Sequence record: NZ_CP072388.1
From: a plasmid
Strand: one strand, 5' to 3'
DNA: 64,000 bases
The notes under the pieces were generated by a model. The model did not search any database. It was not told the origin of the DNA and worked only from the letters and a program-made list of their open reading frames with translations. Below, in pieces: positions 9,716 through 19,147 of the stretch; positions within the stretch are counted from its first letter, which is position 1; every line of letters begins with the position of its first letter. Both the position numbers and the translations under genes were made by a program.

Positions 9716-10442
9716 CGGTGGCTCCCCACGGCGTGAAGGTCGCTAGGTCTGCCAGCACCGGCTCGAGCTGGCTCATTGAGAAGTCGCCGAGCCACGTGCC
9801 GGCAGCTTCGTCCCACACGAGCCCGAGGCGGATGGACGCCTCGACGTCGTTCTGGCGTAGCCCGAGGTCGATGACGACTCGGTCGGTCTCCACCTGCTGG
9901 AACTGGAACCCGGCGACCTGCGCGACACGGCCCGCTTCCTGACCCTTCGCCTCGAGGTCCTGGGCGCTGACCCACTGGGAACGGGCCGGGTTGTCGACGG
10001 TTGCCGACTCGGCCACCTCGACGTAGTCGGTCTCATTCAGACCGATGAAGAGATGAACGGCCGCGAACAGCGCGCCGGTCGGCGAGGGCGCGAAGCACGG
10101 CCAGGCCGAGTCGTCCGTCGCCACCGGGCCGTACTCGGGCGAGGTCGGGACCATGAAGTACCCGACGGCCTCCCAGGACGCCTCGGGTCCCGCGACCGGG
10201 ATCTCGGTTGCTGCGGGCAGGTCGCACGCGTTGCCGCTCGCGTCCGGCGTCGCCGGGGCGTCGGGGCTGTCCGCCGACATGGTCGGCGACGGGTCGGACG
10301 GCCCTGTCTGGCTGTCGTCCGACCCGCGCGACGTCCCGACGAGGGCGACGACGACGAGGACGACGATGAGCAGCAGGAAGCCCCCCGCGACCCACCACCA
10401 GACGTTGAACGGACTGGTGCTGTGGTTGTTCTCGTCGCTCAT
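9708..10442 (-). CDS. membrane-anchored hypothetical protein of the conjugation operon
   Basis: MSDENNHSTSPFNVWWW followed by one TM helix and a Pro/Ser-rich linker. Strong RBS (aaggag) upstream of the ATG at 10442. Confidence 0.55.
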   Translation of the reverse strand: MSDENNHSTSPFNVWWWVAGGFLLLIVVLVVVALVGTSRGSDDSQTGPSDPSPTMSADSPDAPATPDASGNACDLPAATEIPVAGPEASWEAVGYFMVPTSPEYGPVATDDSAWPCFAPSPTGALFAAVHLFIGLNETDYVEVAESATVDNPARSQWVSAQDLEAKGQEAGRVAQVAGFQFQQVETDRVVIDLGLRQNDVEASIRLGLVWDEAAGTWLGDFSMSQLEPVLADLATFTPWGATGG

Positions 10443-10451
10443 CGGTACTCC

Positions 10452-10724
10452 TTAGACAAAGACCCGCATGATCGCCCCGACGCCAGTCGCGAGGATGCAC
10501 ACGAGGATCGACATGACCAGGCCCTTGAACCCGTTGATCTCGCGGCCGGTGAACGCCGCGAAGGCGAGGTAGCCGGCGGAGACGAGGAACCCGGCGACGC
10601 CGAGGACGATCACGCCCCAGCTGAGCCAGTTCAGGACCGTGGTCACGCCCTCGACGCCCGGCGGCTCCTCGGGCGAGGGGTCGGGCAGGACGCTGGTTGC
10701 GAGCTGGTAGATGCGCGGTGTCAT
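10452..10724 (-). CDS. small two-TM membrane protein (90 aa), candidate pilin-like/VirB2-like or VirB3-like component
   Basis: Internal ATG at 10724 (plus-strand 'cat' at 10722-10724) overlaps the stop of the upstream gene as ATGA. The sequence is hydrophobic. Confidence 0.5.
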   Translation of the reverse strand: MTPRIYQLATSVLPDPSPEEPPGVEGVTTVLNWLSWGVIVLGVAGFLVSAGYLAFAAFTGREINGFKGLVMSILVCILATGVGAIMRVFV

Positions 10725-11398
10725 TCGTCGTTCCCTTCGATGTTCCGTGCGTGCGCACGGATGTTCTTGATGACCTGGCGGGTGCGGATCGGTGCGCCGT
10801 GGACCACCGCCGGCTCGATGCGCCACAGCTCGTTCCATGGCAGGTGCCAGCCATGCGGCGTCATCTGCGCGAGGCGACGCGCCGCAGCACGCTGAGGTGC
10901 CGTCAGGCGAGGCCCGTCGTCCACGAGGACGAGCCCCAGCAAGGTGGAGTCGGTAAGCGTCCCGGCCGCCCACAGGCGGGCGAACCGTTCCGCGGCGCTC
11001 AGGCCGGCGTGGTGCGTCCGGGCGACAGCGAGCACGGCGAGGCTGGGCAGAGGGCGTTCCCACCCGGTGGCGACCGGCCAGCTGCGGCCGACGTCGACCG
11101 CGTCCTCGCCGAGCAGCCCGGCGAGCGTGGTCGCCCCTGCTCCCCCGTGCAGCCCCATCACGCAGATCAGCGGGCGCTCGGGGACATCCCGGCGGGGCCA
11201 GGGGTCGTCGTGCGCCACATCGACCGGCGGTGCCGATTCAGGCCGCGAGGGCCCGGCCAGCGCGATCTGCTCGCCCAGCACCTCGTCGACCTCGGGCTGC
11301 GGTTCGACGTCCGACTGCGGCGCCATCGGCGCGGCGACGAACGGGTTCTGGACTGGCGGGTCGACCGCCTGTGACCTGCGTCGAAACAAGCTGTGCAC
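10721..11398 (-). CDS. hypothetical protein, first gene of the conjugation operon; weak ParA/MinD-like P-loop remnant (VMGLHGGAGATT)
   Basis: 225-aa ORF. The divergent AT-richer promoter region 11399-11500 separates it from the plus-strand lipoprotein gene. Confidence 0.45.
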   Translation of the reverse strand: MHSLFRRRSQAVDPPVQNPFVAAPMAPQSDVEPQPEVDEVLGEQIALAGPSRPESAPPVDVAHDDPWPRRDVPERPLICVMGLHGGAGATTLAGLLGEDAVDVGRSWPVATGWERPLPSLAVLAVARTHHAGLSAAERFARLWAAGTLTDSTLLGLVLVDDGPRLTAPQRAAARRLAQMTPHGWHLPWNELWRIEPAVVHGAPIRTRQVIKNIRAHARNIEGNDE

Positions 11399-11500
11399 CC
11401 CCTTCTCAACTGGCTACAACCAGATTATGGCACAATTTCATCACGTTGCGCTAGGGTATGATCAGATCGTGAACCGACACAGGAAAGGCGGGGCCGGCGG
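11399..11500. promoter_or_regulatory. divergent promoter region between the conjugation operon (minus) and the lipoprotein/hydrolase operon (plus)
   Basis: Locally AT-richer intergenic sequence (ttctcaactggctacaaccagattatggcacaatttcatcacgttgcgctagggtatgatcag) between two divergent operons. Confidence 0.4.
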
Positions 11501-11992
11501 ATGCGACTGAGGCGGTCTGCAGCGGTGATCGCGAGCTTTCTCGTGCTCGGCGCGTGCTCGGCACCGGAGGCGGCGACCGAATCCCCGCCCGCCGCGACCG
11601 CGTCCGAAGCGGCGACTGACGGGCCGGCCCCTTCGGGCGAGCCGTCTGCGCCCGACGTCGTCAGCGCGCCGGACAGCGAAGCCGCGGTGGAGGTCGCGGT
11701 GGCCGCGATGACGGACTTCACTGCACGCGATCGCCCATACGAGGCGTGGTGGGCGGAGTTCAGCGCGCACCTGACGCCCGAGGGCATGCAGGCGTACGAG
11801 TTCACGGACCCGGCTCGCGTCCCCGCATCGGGCGTCGCCGACGCCGGGCAGTTCGCCGGCGGTCCCGACGGCACGAGTGCCGCCGTGCTCGTGGGTACGG
11901 ACGTCGGGCAGTACCGCGTCGAGCTCGTGCGTCAGAGCGTCCTTGACGCCTGGCTGGTCGACCGGCTCACGCCGCCGCAGGAGGCGTCGTGA
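11501..11992 (+). CDS. lipoprotein
   Basis: Signal peptide ending in lipobox VLGAC|S. Ala/Pro/Ser-rich linker. Confidence 0.6.
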   Translation: MRLRRSAAVIASFLVLGACSAPEAATESPPAATASEAATDGPAPSGEPSAPDVVSAPDSEAAVEVAVAAMTDFTARDRPYEAWWAEFSAHLTPEGMQAYEFTDPARVPASGVADAGQFAGGPDGTSAAVLVGTDVGQYRVELVRQSVLDAWLVDRLTPPQEAS

Positions 11993-13083
11993 AGCGCGCG
12001 CTCGGGGGGTCGCTCGCGTTCGTCTTCTTCTTGCCGATCCTCTTGCTGGTGGTCATCGGCGGCGGTGGGTGCGCCCCCGCCGTTGCGAGCGGCGAAGCGG
12101 TGAGCGTCGACGTCGACGCGGTCGTCGACCAGGAGCTGCAGGGGCTCTCGGGCGACCCGCAGGTCCGCGCCGACCAGCTGCGCAACGCGGCGCTGATCAT
12201 GAACGCCGCTCAGGCGCTCTCCCTGCCCGTGAAGGCGCAGGCGATCGGTGTGATGACCGCGATGGGCGAGTCGTCGTTGATCAACGTCGACTACGGCGAC
12301 GACCGCCACGGTGTGACGAACCCGGATGGGACGCCGACGTGCAGCCTGGGCCTGTTCCAGCAGCAGTGGTGCCTGGGATGGGGCACCCGCGAGCAGGTCA
12401 TGGACCCCACGTACGCGGCGACGAAGTTCTACGAGCGGCTGGTCGCCGTCGAAGGCTGGCAGGACCTGGCCCCGACGATCGCGGCGCACCGAGTTCAGCG
12501 CAACGCCGACCCGTTCCACTACGAGAAGTACTGGACCGACGCGAACGCCATCGTCGCCGCGCTCACCGGCCTCGAGATCGACCCCACCGGCGAGAGCCCG
12601 TCCAGCTGTGCCGTCGACACCGCCGCGGGCTCCGGGGACTACCCCACCGACGGCGGCCCGGGCGCCTGGGGAGGGCACTCCAACGGCCGGATCCCGGGCA
12701 GCGCGATGAAGGTGTTGCCCTGGGCGAGCGGTCACTACCTGCGCGCGGATGCGACCGACGCGCTCACCGCGCTCAACAACGTCTACCAGGCGCAGTTCGG
12801 GCGCCCGCTGTCGATCACCGACGCCTACCGCGACTACGACACCCAGGTGCGTCTCAAGGCGCAGAAGGGCGGCATGGCGGCCACGCCCGGCACGTCGAAC
12901 CACGGCTGGGGGCTGGCCGTCGACCTCGGCGGTGGCATCAACCGGTTCGGCACACCGCAGCACCTATGGATGAAGCAGAACGCGCCCGCCTACGGCTGGA
13001 TCCTGCCGAGCTGGGCCGACCAGGGCGGGGTCAACCCCGAGCCGTGGCACTGGGAGTACTGGGGAGTTGCAGATGCCGCTTGA
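11989..13083 (+). CDS. secreted/membrane-anchored peptidoglycan hydrolase: N-terminal glycoside-hydrolase-like domain plus C-terminal peptidase M15 (D-Ala-D-Ala carboxypeptidase/VanY-like) domain
   Basis: GTG start overlaps the lipoprotein stop (GTGA). N-terminal TM/signal. M15 signature SNHGWGLAVDL and EPWHWEY. Fits a conjugation-associated cell-wall lytic enzyme. Confidence 0.75.
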   Translation: MKRALGGSLAFVFFLPILLLVVIGGGGCAPAVASGEAVSVDVDAVVDQELQGLSGDPQVRADQLRNAALIMNAAQALSLPVKAQAIGVMTAMGESSLINVDYGDDRHGVTNPDGTPTCSLGLFQQQWCLGWGTREQVMDPTYAATKFYERLVAVEGWQDLAPTIAAHRVQRNADPFHYEKYWTDANAIVAALTGLEIDPTGESPSSCAVDTAAGSGDYPTDGGPGAWGGHSNGRIPGSAMKVLPWASGHYLRADATDALTALNNVYQAQFGRPLSITDAYRDYDTQVRLKAQKGGMAATPGTSNHGWGLAVDLGGGINRFGTPQHLWMKQNAPAYGWILPSWADQGGVNPEPWHWEYWGVADAA

Positions 13084-14524
13084 TCCGAAGACCGTGCCGG
13101 CCTTCCCGGTGGTCAACCTCGCGATGGCCGTCGACGGCGCCGTGACCGTCGATGGGCGCCCGGTCGAGGTCGCCCCGGGACAAACTCCCGCCGCTGCCGG
13201 CGTCGCGGCCGTGGCCGAGCTCGTGCGCGAGCAGGACCTGGGTGCGGTGCGCGTGCGCGCCGCCGCACCCGAAGGGGTCTTCCAGATGGTGGTCTCCGCC
13301 GACGGCGAGGCCATCGACACGACTCCCCCACCGCCTGCCCCACGCGGCCCCCGGCCGCGCCTGCTCCTGGGCATCGGCGCGGCCGCCGGGTGCGTCGTCG
13401 TACTCGGCGCGGCGACAGTCGGCGTCCTGGCGATCGCCGACGAGGCCGACCAGCCCCCGGCACAGACCCAGACCGCTACGCCCGAGCCGCTACCCGGCGC
13501 CGGCGCCAACCTGCCGGTCGCGACTCCCCCGGGCTTCGCGAGCCGGGCTACCTGGGCCGTGCCGGTGGACCCGCGCTCGACGCCGCTGGTCCGCGACGAC
13601 GGCTCGGTCGTCGTGACCACGCCGTCGGGCGACCTCAACATGCTCGACCCCGCTACCGGGCGCACGCGGTGGACCGGGACGGGCGCGCGGGGCGCTCTGG
13701 CGCTGAGCGAGGTCCAGGGCCGGCACGTCGTCGCCGCCACGTCCTCGTCCGAGCTGCACCTGTGGCCCCTCGACGTCACCGACCCCGCCCGCACCCCCGC
13801 CGTCGACCTCCCGCTGACCGCCCGCCGCGCCGAGGTCACCCACCTCGGATCCAGCCCGCTGGTCACCCTCGAGAACCAGACCGTTGCGGTGTTCGACGGC
13901 GAGGGCCTGGTGCGCCGCGACGTTCCGGTCGGCGCCGACCCGGTCCTCGCCCGCCACGACGGGATCGTGGCGGTCGGCGACGACGCCTGGTGGCTCATCA
14001 CCGCCGACGCCGATCCCGTGCGCCACGCCCTCCCGCGCCCCGACGGCGCCAGCGGCGCCCCGCTGGCCGTGTCTGCCGCCGACGACGCCACCCTGGTCAT
14101 CACCTGGCCGGTCGCCGGGCCGACGGACCTGGCCGCGCTCGTCGACATCGCCACCGGCCGCATCACGGCCCAGGCAGCCGTCGACGACGCGGCGATCGGT
14201 GCCGACGACGTCCCGCTGCACGATCCGACCGGGCAGACCATGACGCTCGGGACGCTGTTCGTCGACTACTCCCCCGAGCCGGCGATCCTCGAGCTCCCCG
14301 ACATCACGCCGACCGCGGTCCACGGACACACGATCCTTGGCACCGTCGGCCGCGCCGCGGCCGTCCTGGAGGCCGGGGACGACGAGCCCCGCATCTACGA
14401 CGAGTCCACCTCGGCGACCGCACCCCTCGCTGTCACCGACGACTACGCCTACGTCATGGCCGACAAGGTCGACCAGACGCTCCTGTACGCAGTACCCCGA
14501 ACCGACGAAGGGACGAACCCATGA
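13067..14524 (+). CDS. membrane-anchored hypothetical protein with repeated beta-strand-rich segments (possible beta-propeller)
   Basis: 485-aa ORF with an N-terminal TM after a Pro-rich region. Overlaps the hydrolase gene. Confidence 0.55.
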   Translation: MQMPLDPKTVPAFPVVNLAMAVDGAVTVDGRPVEVAPGQTPAAAGVAAVAELVREQDLGAVRVRAAAPEGVFQMVVSADGEAIDTTPPPPAPRGPRPRLLLGIGAAAGCVVVLGAATVGVLAIADEADQPPAQTQTATPEPLPGAGANLPVATPPGFASRATWAVPVDPRSTPLVRDDGSVVVTTPSGDLNMLDPATGRTRWTGTGARGALALSEVQGRHVVAATSSSELHLWPLDVTDPARTPAVDLPLTARRAEVTHLGSSPLVTLENQTVAVFDGEGLVRRDVPVGADPVLARHDGIVAVGDDAWWLITADADPVRHALPRPDGASGAPLAVSAADDATLVITWPVAGPTDLAALVDIATGRITAQAAVDDAAIGADDVPLHDPTGQTMTLGTLFVDYSPEPAILELPDITPTAVHGHTILGTVGRAAAVLEAGDDEPRIYDESTSATAPLAVTDDYAYVMADKVDQTLLYAVPRTDEGTNP

Positions 14525-15879
14525 TCAACGTCGTCGTCCACGCTGACGGCAGCGGCGGCCACGTCGAGCTGCCCGACGAGACCGTTCCCCTCGCACCGGG
14601 GAACCCCGCCGACGTCCAGCAGCGCGCCGTCAGCGTGCTCCTGCGCCACTCCGCGAAGGAAGGCCGACCCGTCACCGTCAAGGCCGTCGACGCCAGCGGC
14701 GCCAGACACCTACGCGTGACCCCGGACGGGCGCGTCGAGCCCGTGCGGAACCTCGACACCCCGCCCGCGCCCGCACCGTCTCCCGAGCAGGCCGACAACC
14801 CGGCGCCGCCCAGCCGCGACGAGTCGCCGGCGCCCGACGTCGACGCCGCCCCCACCACGCCGGCACCCGAGCCGACCCCCACCCTCGGCAGCGGCGACGA
14901 GCTCGCCCCCGCCGTCGAGCCCGGCCCGCCTGACCCCGCGGCGGCCGAGCCCATGACCCGCCGCGCCCGCAAGTCGTTCCTCACCGTCGCTCAGGCCGAG
15001 CAGCCCGCCATGAAAGGGCTGCGGGGAGCGATGACGCGCGCAGGCATCCGCATGGCACCCAGCGAAGCCGAGCGCATCGAGCGCGCCAACGTCCGCGCGG
15101 TCTCCCAGCACTGGCCCGGACCCCGGACCATCGCCGTCGTCAACGGCAAGGGCGGCGCAAGCAAGACGCCGACCACCGTCCTGCTCTCCGCGGTGTTCGC
15201 CCTCAACGGCGGCGCCGGCGTCGTGGCCTACGACAACAACCAGACCCGCGGCACTCTCGGCTGGCGCACCGAACAGGGCCCGCACGAGGCGACCCTGCTC
15301 GACATGCTCCCCCGCGCCACCCACCTGCTCGGCACCAGCGCGCAGTCGGCCGACCTCGCCCACTACGTGCACCACCAGACCCACGACCGCTACGACGTCC
15401 TGCGCTCCCAGCCCATGATGCTCGCCGACCAGCAGCGCCTGGGCGTCGACGACTTCGACGCCGTCCACGCCGTGCTCAAGAAGTACTACCGGCTCATCTT
15501 CGTCGACTCCGGCAACGACGAGTCCGACCCGCTGTGGCTGCGCATGATCGACCACGCCGACCAGCTCGTCGTCGCCACAACCACCCGAGCGGACATCGCC
15601 GAAGCCGGCGCCCTGCTGCTCGAAGCCCTGGCCGACCGCGACGAGCGATCGGCCGCCCTGGCTGCCGGCGCCGTCGTCGTCGTCAACCAGGCCAACGAGA
15701 AGGGCGGTCAGCACGAGGCCGACCAGATCGCCGACGGGTACCGAACGATCGCCCGCCAAGCGGTCACCATCCCCTACGACAAGGCGATGGTCGACGGACA
15801 CCTGCAGTTCTCGACGCTGCGCCCGACCACACGACGTGCTTGGCTTACGGCGGGGGCTGCAGTAGCGCGGGGCCTATAA
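14521..15879 (+). CDS. ParA/MinD-family P-loop ATPase with about 190-aa N-terminal extension (CpaE/TadZ-like architecture)
   Basis: Internal ATG at 14521 within long ORF 13390..15879. Deviant Walker A VVNGKGGASKTPTT. Confidence 0.7.
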   Translation: MINVVVHADGSGGHVELPDETVPLAPGNPADVQQRAVSVLLRHSAKEGRPVTVKAVDASGARHLRVTPDGRVEPVRNLDTPPAPAPSPEQADNPAPPSRDESPAPDVDAAPTTPAPEPTPTLGSGDELAPAVEPGPPDPAAAEPMTRRARKSFLTVAQAEQPAMKGLRGAMTRAGIRMAPSEAERIERANVRAVSQHWPGPRTIAVVNGKGGASKTPTTVLLSAVFALNGGAGVVAYDNNQTRGTLGWRTEQGPHEATLLDMLPRATHLLGTSAQSADLAHYVHHQTHDRYDVLRSQPMMLADQQRLGVDDFDAVHAVLKKYYRLIFVDSGNDESDPLWLRMIDHADQLVVATTTRADIAEAGALLLEALADRDERSAALAAGAVVVVNQANEKGGQHEADQIADGYRTIARQAVTIPYDKAMVDGHLQFSTLRPTTRRAWLTAGAAVARGL

Positions 15880-15918
15880 CCCGCACAATGAGCATCAGCC
15901 GCACGCATAGAACGGACC

Positions 15919-16230
15919 GTGACTCACGTGCCCGCGACCCACGACGAGGACATCGACGCCCTCGGGCAGATCGCCCGCAGCGCCGATCGCACGGCCGTCG
16001 TGCGCCATCTGAGCACGCACCCCGGTGACTACTTCGGAGCCATCCACAAGGCCACCGGCATCTCCGTCGGAAGCCTCGGCAAACACCTACGCGACCTCGA
16101 AGCCGCCGGCATCATCGTCGGCGACCTCCCCCTCGAGCAGCGCAAGGGCCGCACCGTGCGCTACCACGTCGACGACAAGCGCCTGCGGACGCTCGTCAAG
16201 AAGCTCGAACGGCGCTTGCTGGGCCAGTGA
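15919..16230 (+). CDS. winged-helix transcriptional regulator (ArsR/MarR-like wHTH)
   Basis: 103 aa. HTH segment GAIHKATGISVGSLGKHLRDLEAAGII. Confidence 0.55.
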   Translation: MTHVPATHDEDIDALGQIARSADRTAVVRHLSTHPGDYFGAIHKATGISVGSLGKHLRDLEAAGIIVGDLPLEQRKGRTVRYHVDDKRLRTLVKKLERRLLGQ

Positions 16231-16570
16231 CACCAAGGGCTCTGCGGGACGGCAAGCAGTGCGCCGTCACCTCCGCTCGCCAGGCCGCTCGGGCTTCAAC
16301 GCGACCGGCGCCGGGGAAGCAAGCGTGCACCCGAGGGTGAGAGAGGACGACACACGCCTCGCAGGCGCGCATGGCCGCCGCGGAAACACCCTCCGCTTCT
16401 TCGGCATGCCTGACGTGGCGTCCAGCGCGCGGTATCACTGTGATCGCGATCGCAGTAGGCGCCCAGGGACGTACACGTTCAGGCGCCCATCGTCACGAAC
16501 ACGCGGCGGGCGACACGCCGACACGCCAGTTGCAGAATTCGTCCGGATTCAGGAAGTCGTGTGGTTGAGT

Positions 16571-17044
16571 ATGCCCATGACGATCTCCACGGGACGACCG
16601 AGCAAGGGTGACAGGGACCAGTTCCTGCTCGAGCTCCCCGTCGCCGCCGCGGACATCCTTCGACGCAACGCCGACGCCCTGCAGATGCCCCACGGCGAGT
16701 ACATCGCCGCGGTCCTCGCCGAGCAGGTGGGCATGCCCTGGCTCGCACCTGTCGAGACGCGAGCACCGTATGCCGGCCGCATTCAGGAGATGCTCGACGA
16801 AGTCGGAGTGAAGGCGTGGGACACCGCTCCTGCCTCCGGTTGGGCCGAGACCATCAAGTTCACGACGCGTCCCGCGCGGCCCATCGGAGATCTCGTCCGT
16901 TCACGCTCGCGCGTGCAGGGCATGACGTACAAGGAGTACATCGTCGCGGCAGTCATGGCGTGGCACGGCATCACGCGTGATGCCGACCCTGCGTTGGCGC
17001 CCCGTTCGCGCTACGCCCGGGAGGCGATGCGCCAACCCGCATAA
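16571..17044 (+). CDS. hypothetical protein with two tandem ribbon-helix-helix-like segments
   Basis: Internal start of ORF 16025..17044. Repeated motif HGEYIAAVLAEQVGMPW / YKEYIVAAVMAWHGI. Followed by a strong hairpin. Confidence 0.4.
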   Translation: MPMTISTGRPSKGDRDQFLLELPVAAADILRRNADALQMPHGEYIAAVLAEQVGMPWLAPVETRAPYAGRIQEMLDEVGVKAWDTAPASGWAETIKFTTRPARPIGDLVRSRSRVQGMTYKEYIVAAVMAWHGITRDADPALAPRSRYAREAMRQPA

Positions 17045-17046
17045 GA

Positions 17047-17075
17047 AAGTGGCCCGTCCCTTGCGGGACGGGCCA
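17047..17075 (+). terminator. GC-rich hairpin terminator candidate (GTGGCCCGTCCC-ttgc-GGGACGGGCCAC)
   Basis: Perfect 12-bp inverted repeat lying 3 nt after the stop at 17044. Confidence 0.5.
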
Positions 17076-17194
17076 CCAGATCGAACCACTTCCGGCGACT
17101 TGCTTGGCGGCTGGAAACCGGAGCGGTTCTCTACCTAAGAACAGGAGCCATCATACCCACCGCCCCGACGGGGCGCGATTTCGCCTACACCGGC

Positions 17195-18994
17195 GTGTCG
17201 TCGCCAACCGTTTCCGAGCTCTCGCAGGCGAGCCATGCGCACCCGCGCGCAGGCTCGCCCGACGAGCAGTGGGCGGACACCGCGCACCTCCTTGCAGGGT
17301 GCGACCGGGTGCGCATCGGCACGATCCGCGCTGATCGCAGCGTCGACTACCCCACCCGCGGCGAACGTAAACTCACACTCGCGCGTCCGACGGCACCGGC
17401 CGCGGTCCGCGTCTACGGTGATGACGGCTGCTGCCGCGCCCTGTTCCTCGACCTCGACGCCAAGGGCCGCCACGGTGCGGTCGACGTAGCCCGAGACGGA
17501 GCAGTGCTGCAGCGCATCCTCGCCGTTGCCGGGCTGCGTACCTTCGTCGACATCGCCCCGACCGGTGGTCGTCACATCTACGTCCCCCTCGCCAAGCGTC
17601 TGCCGTTCGAGGTTGCTCGCGAGCTCGTCGAGGCGCTTGCCCGGCACGCGCCCACGCTCGATCCAGGCCCGCACCGCAGCGTGCGCACCGGGTGCATCCG
17701 CACGCCAGGATCCACGCACGGCGCCGGCGGCCACCAAGTCCTGACCAGCAGCCTCTCGAGCGCTGTCGACGTCCTCAAGCGACCCAACCCACCCACCGCC
17801 ATTGCAGAGCTCCGCGGCATGCTCGCCGGCGACATTGCCGCGGTCCGCGCTCAGCGCGACGACCTGACAATCGTCTCTGCGCCCACCTCTGACCAGCCCG
17901 GTGCACCCGGCACGCTCTCCGCCCGTGTCGTCGCGATCGCCCGCAACGGGCTCTGGGACGTCGGCCGCTACGACTCGCCATCCGCTGCACGCCAGGCGGT
18001 CATCACGGCCTGCGTGCGTGCCGGCTGGGACATCACCGATGTGCAGCGTCGACTCAACGATGGCACATGGCCGGCTCTCGCGGGCATGTACGCCCGGTAC
18101 TCCCCCGCACGGCGCCCCGTGTCCCTGCGGGCCGACTGGCTCAAGGCGAGGGCGTACATCGCCTGTACGCCTCAAGACCCGAAAACCAGCAGTGACGTGC
18201 AGAAAGACAGTGTGCACATCTCCAACACAAGCGCTCTTCTGTCACAGGGGGGCGACGACCACGGCTGGATCCGAACCTGGCGGGCTGCGGTCTCCACCTA
18301 CGAGACGGTGCGTCTTCCCGGTAGGCACTGGTACACGGCACGGTTTCTTCTCCGTGCGATCGGAGAGGCTGCACACAAGACCGGCAGCAGGTACGTCGGA
18401 TTCGGCTGCAGATCGCTCGCTGAAGCCTGCGGAGCCGACTACACGACGGTGTCAGTCTTACTGCACGAACTCCAGCGTGCTGGCTGGATCGACCTGATCG
18501 AGTCCGCGCGCGGCGAGACAGCAGACCTGTACGAGCTCACCCTCCCCCACGATCTCCGCGGCCGGTCGGACGAACTGCGCTGGCAGCGTGGCAAGGTGTA
18601 CTCGCTTCGGCCGGCCTTCCGCGAGCTCGGCCACGTCAGTGCTTTCGTCTTCGAGGCCGTTGAGCAGGGCAGGGCCTCCTCCATCACGGAACTTGTCGCC
18701 ATCACCGGGATCTCGCGACGAGCTGTTCACACCAGCATTGACCTGCTCACCGCCTGGGACCTCGTCGAACGCACAGACGAGGGCCTGCGAGCCTTCCCGG
18801 AGCGCCTCGGGCGTGTCGCCGAGCACCTCGGCGCCTTCGAGGCGATCTACGAGCAGATGCGCCGTCACCGCGCACAGCGGGCCACCTGGCGGGCCTGGCT
18901 CGCGCGGTTCGAGGGCCACTGGGATGAGGGCGAGCACTGGGACGAACTCCACTCCCCCGCGGCCGAGACCCTCTTCGCGACGGAGGTGGCCTGA
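17195..18994 (+). CDS. replication protein with N-terminal primase-polymerase (Prim-Pol) domain and C-terminal winged-helix domains
   Basis: Prim-Pol motifs LFLDLDAKG (Dx D) and APTGGRHIYVPL (sGxGxHxh). Lies immediately upstream of the partition genes. Confidence 0.65.
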   Translation: MSSPTVSELSQASHAHPRAGSPDEQWADTAHLLAGCDRVRIGTIRADRSVDYPTRGERKLTLARPTAPAAVRVYGDDGCCRALFLDLDAKGRHGAVDVARDGAVLQRILAVAGLRTFVDIAPTGGRHIYVPLAKRLPFEVARELVEALARHAPTLDPGPHRSVRTGCIRTPGSTHGAGGHQVLTSSLSSAVDVLKRPNPPTAIAELRGMLAGDIAAVRAQRDDLTIVSAPTSDQPGAPGTLSARVVAIARNGLWDVGRYDSPSAARQAVITACVRAGWDITDVQRRLNDGTWPALAGMYARYSPARRPVSLRADWLKARAYIACTPQDPKTSSDVQKDSVHISNTSALLSQGGDDHGWIRTWRAAVSTYETVRLPGRHWYTARFLLRAIGEAAHKTGSRYVGFGCRSLAEACGADYTTVSVLLHELQRAGWIDLIESARGETADLYELTLPHDLRGRSDELRWQRGKVYSLRPAFRELGHVSAFVFEAVEQGRASSITELVAITGISRRAVHTSIDLLTAWDLVERTDEGLRAFPERLGRVAEHLGAFEAIYEQMRRHRAQRATWRAWLARFEGHWDEGEHWDELHSPAAETLFATEVA

Positions 18995-19009
18995 GATGAG
19001 GGCCGAGGC

Positions 19010-19100
19010 CCCAGCGATCTTCATTCATGAACACAGACATGAACCACGTCATGAACCGTGTTCGCCAGTCATGACTTCATGCATTCATGCAAACATGCAC
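19010..19100. repeat. short array of TCATGA/GCATGC-type motifs between rep and parA
   Basis: tcattcatgaacacagacatgaaccacgtcatgaaccgtg...tcatgacttcatgcattcatgcaaacatgcac. Same motif family as the large array at 20.56-21.01 kb. Confidence 0.6.
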
Positions 19101-19147
19101 AACCAGGCGTCCGCCGGACACCCTGGACGACTTGAGAGAGGTACGCG

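Noticed and set aside
13390-14520. N-terminal 377 codons of ORF 13390..15879
   Set aside because: This portion overlaps the well-formed 13067..14524 gene in another frame and is Arg-rich. The ParA-like protein most plausibly starts at the ATG at 14521.
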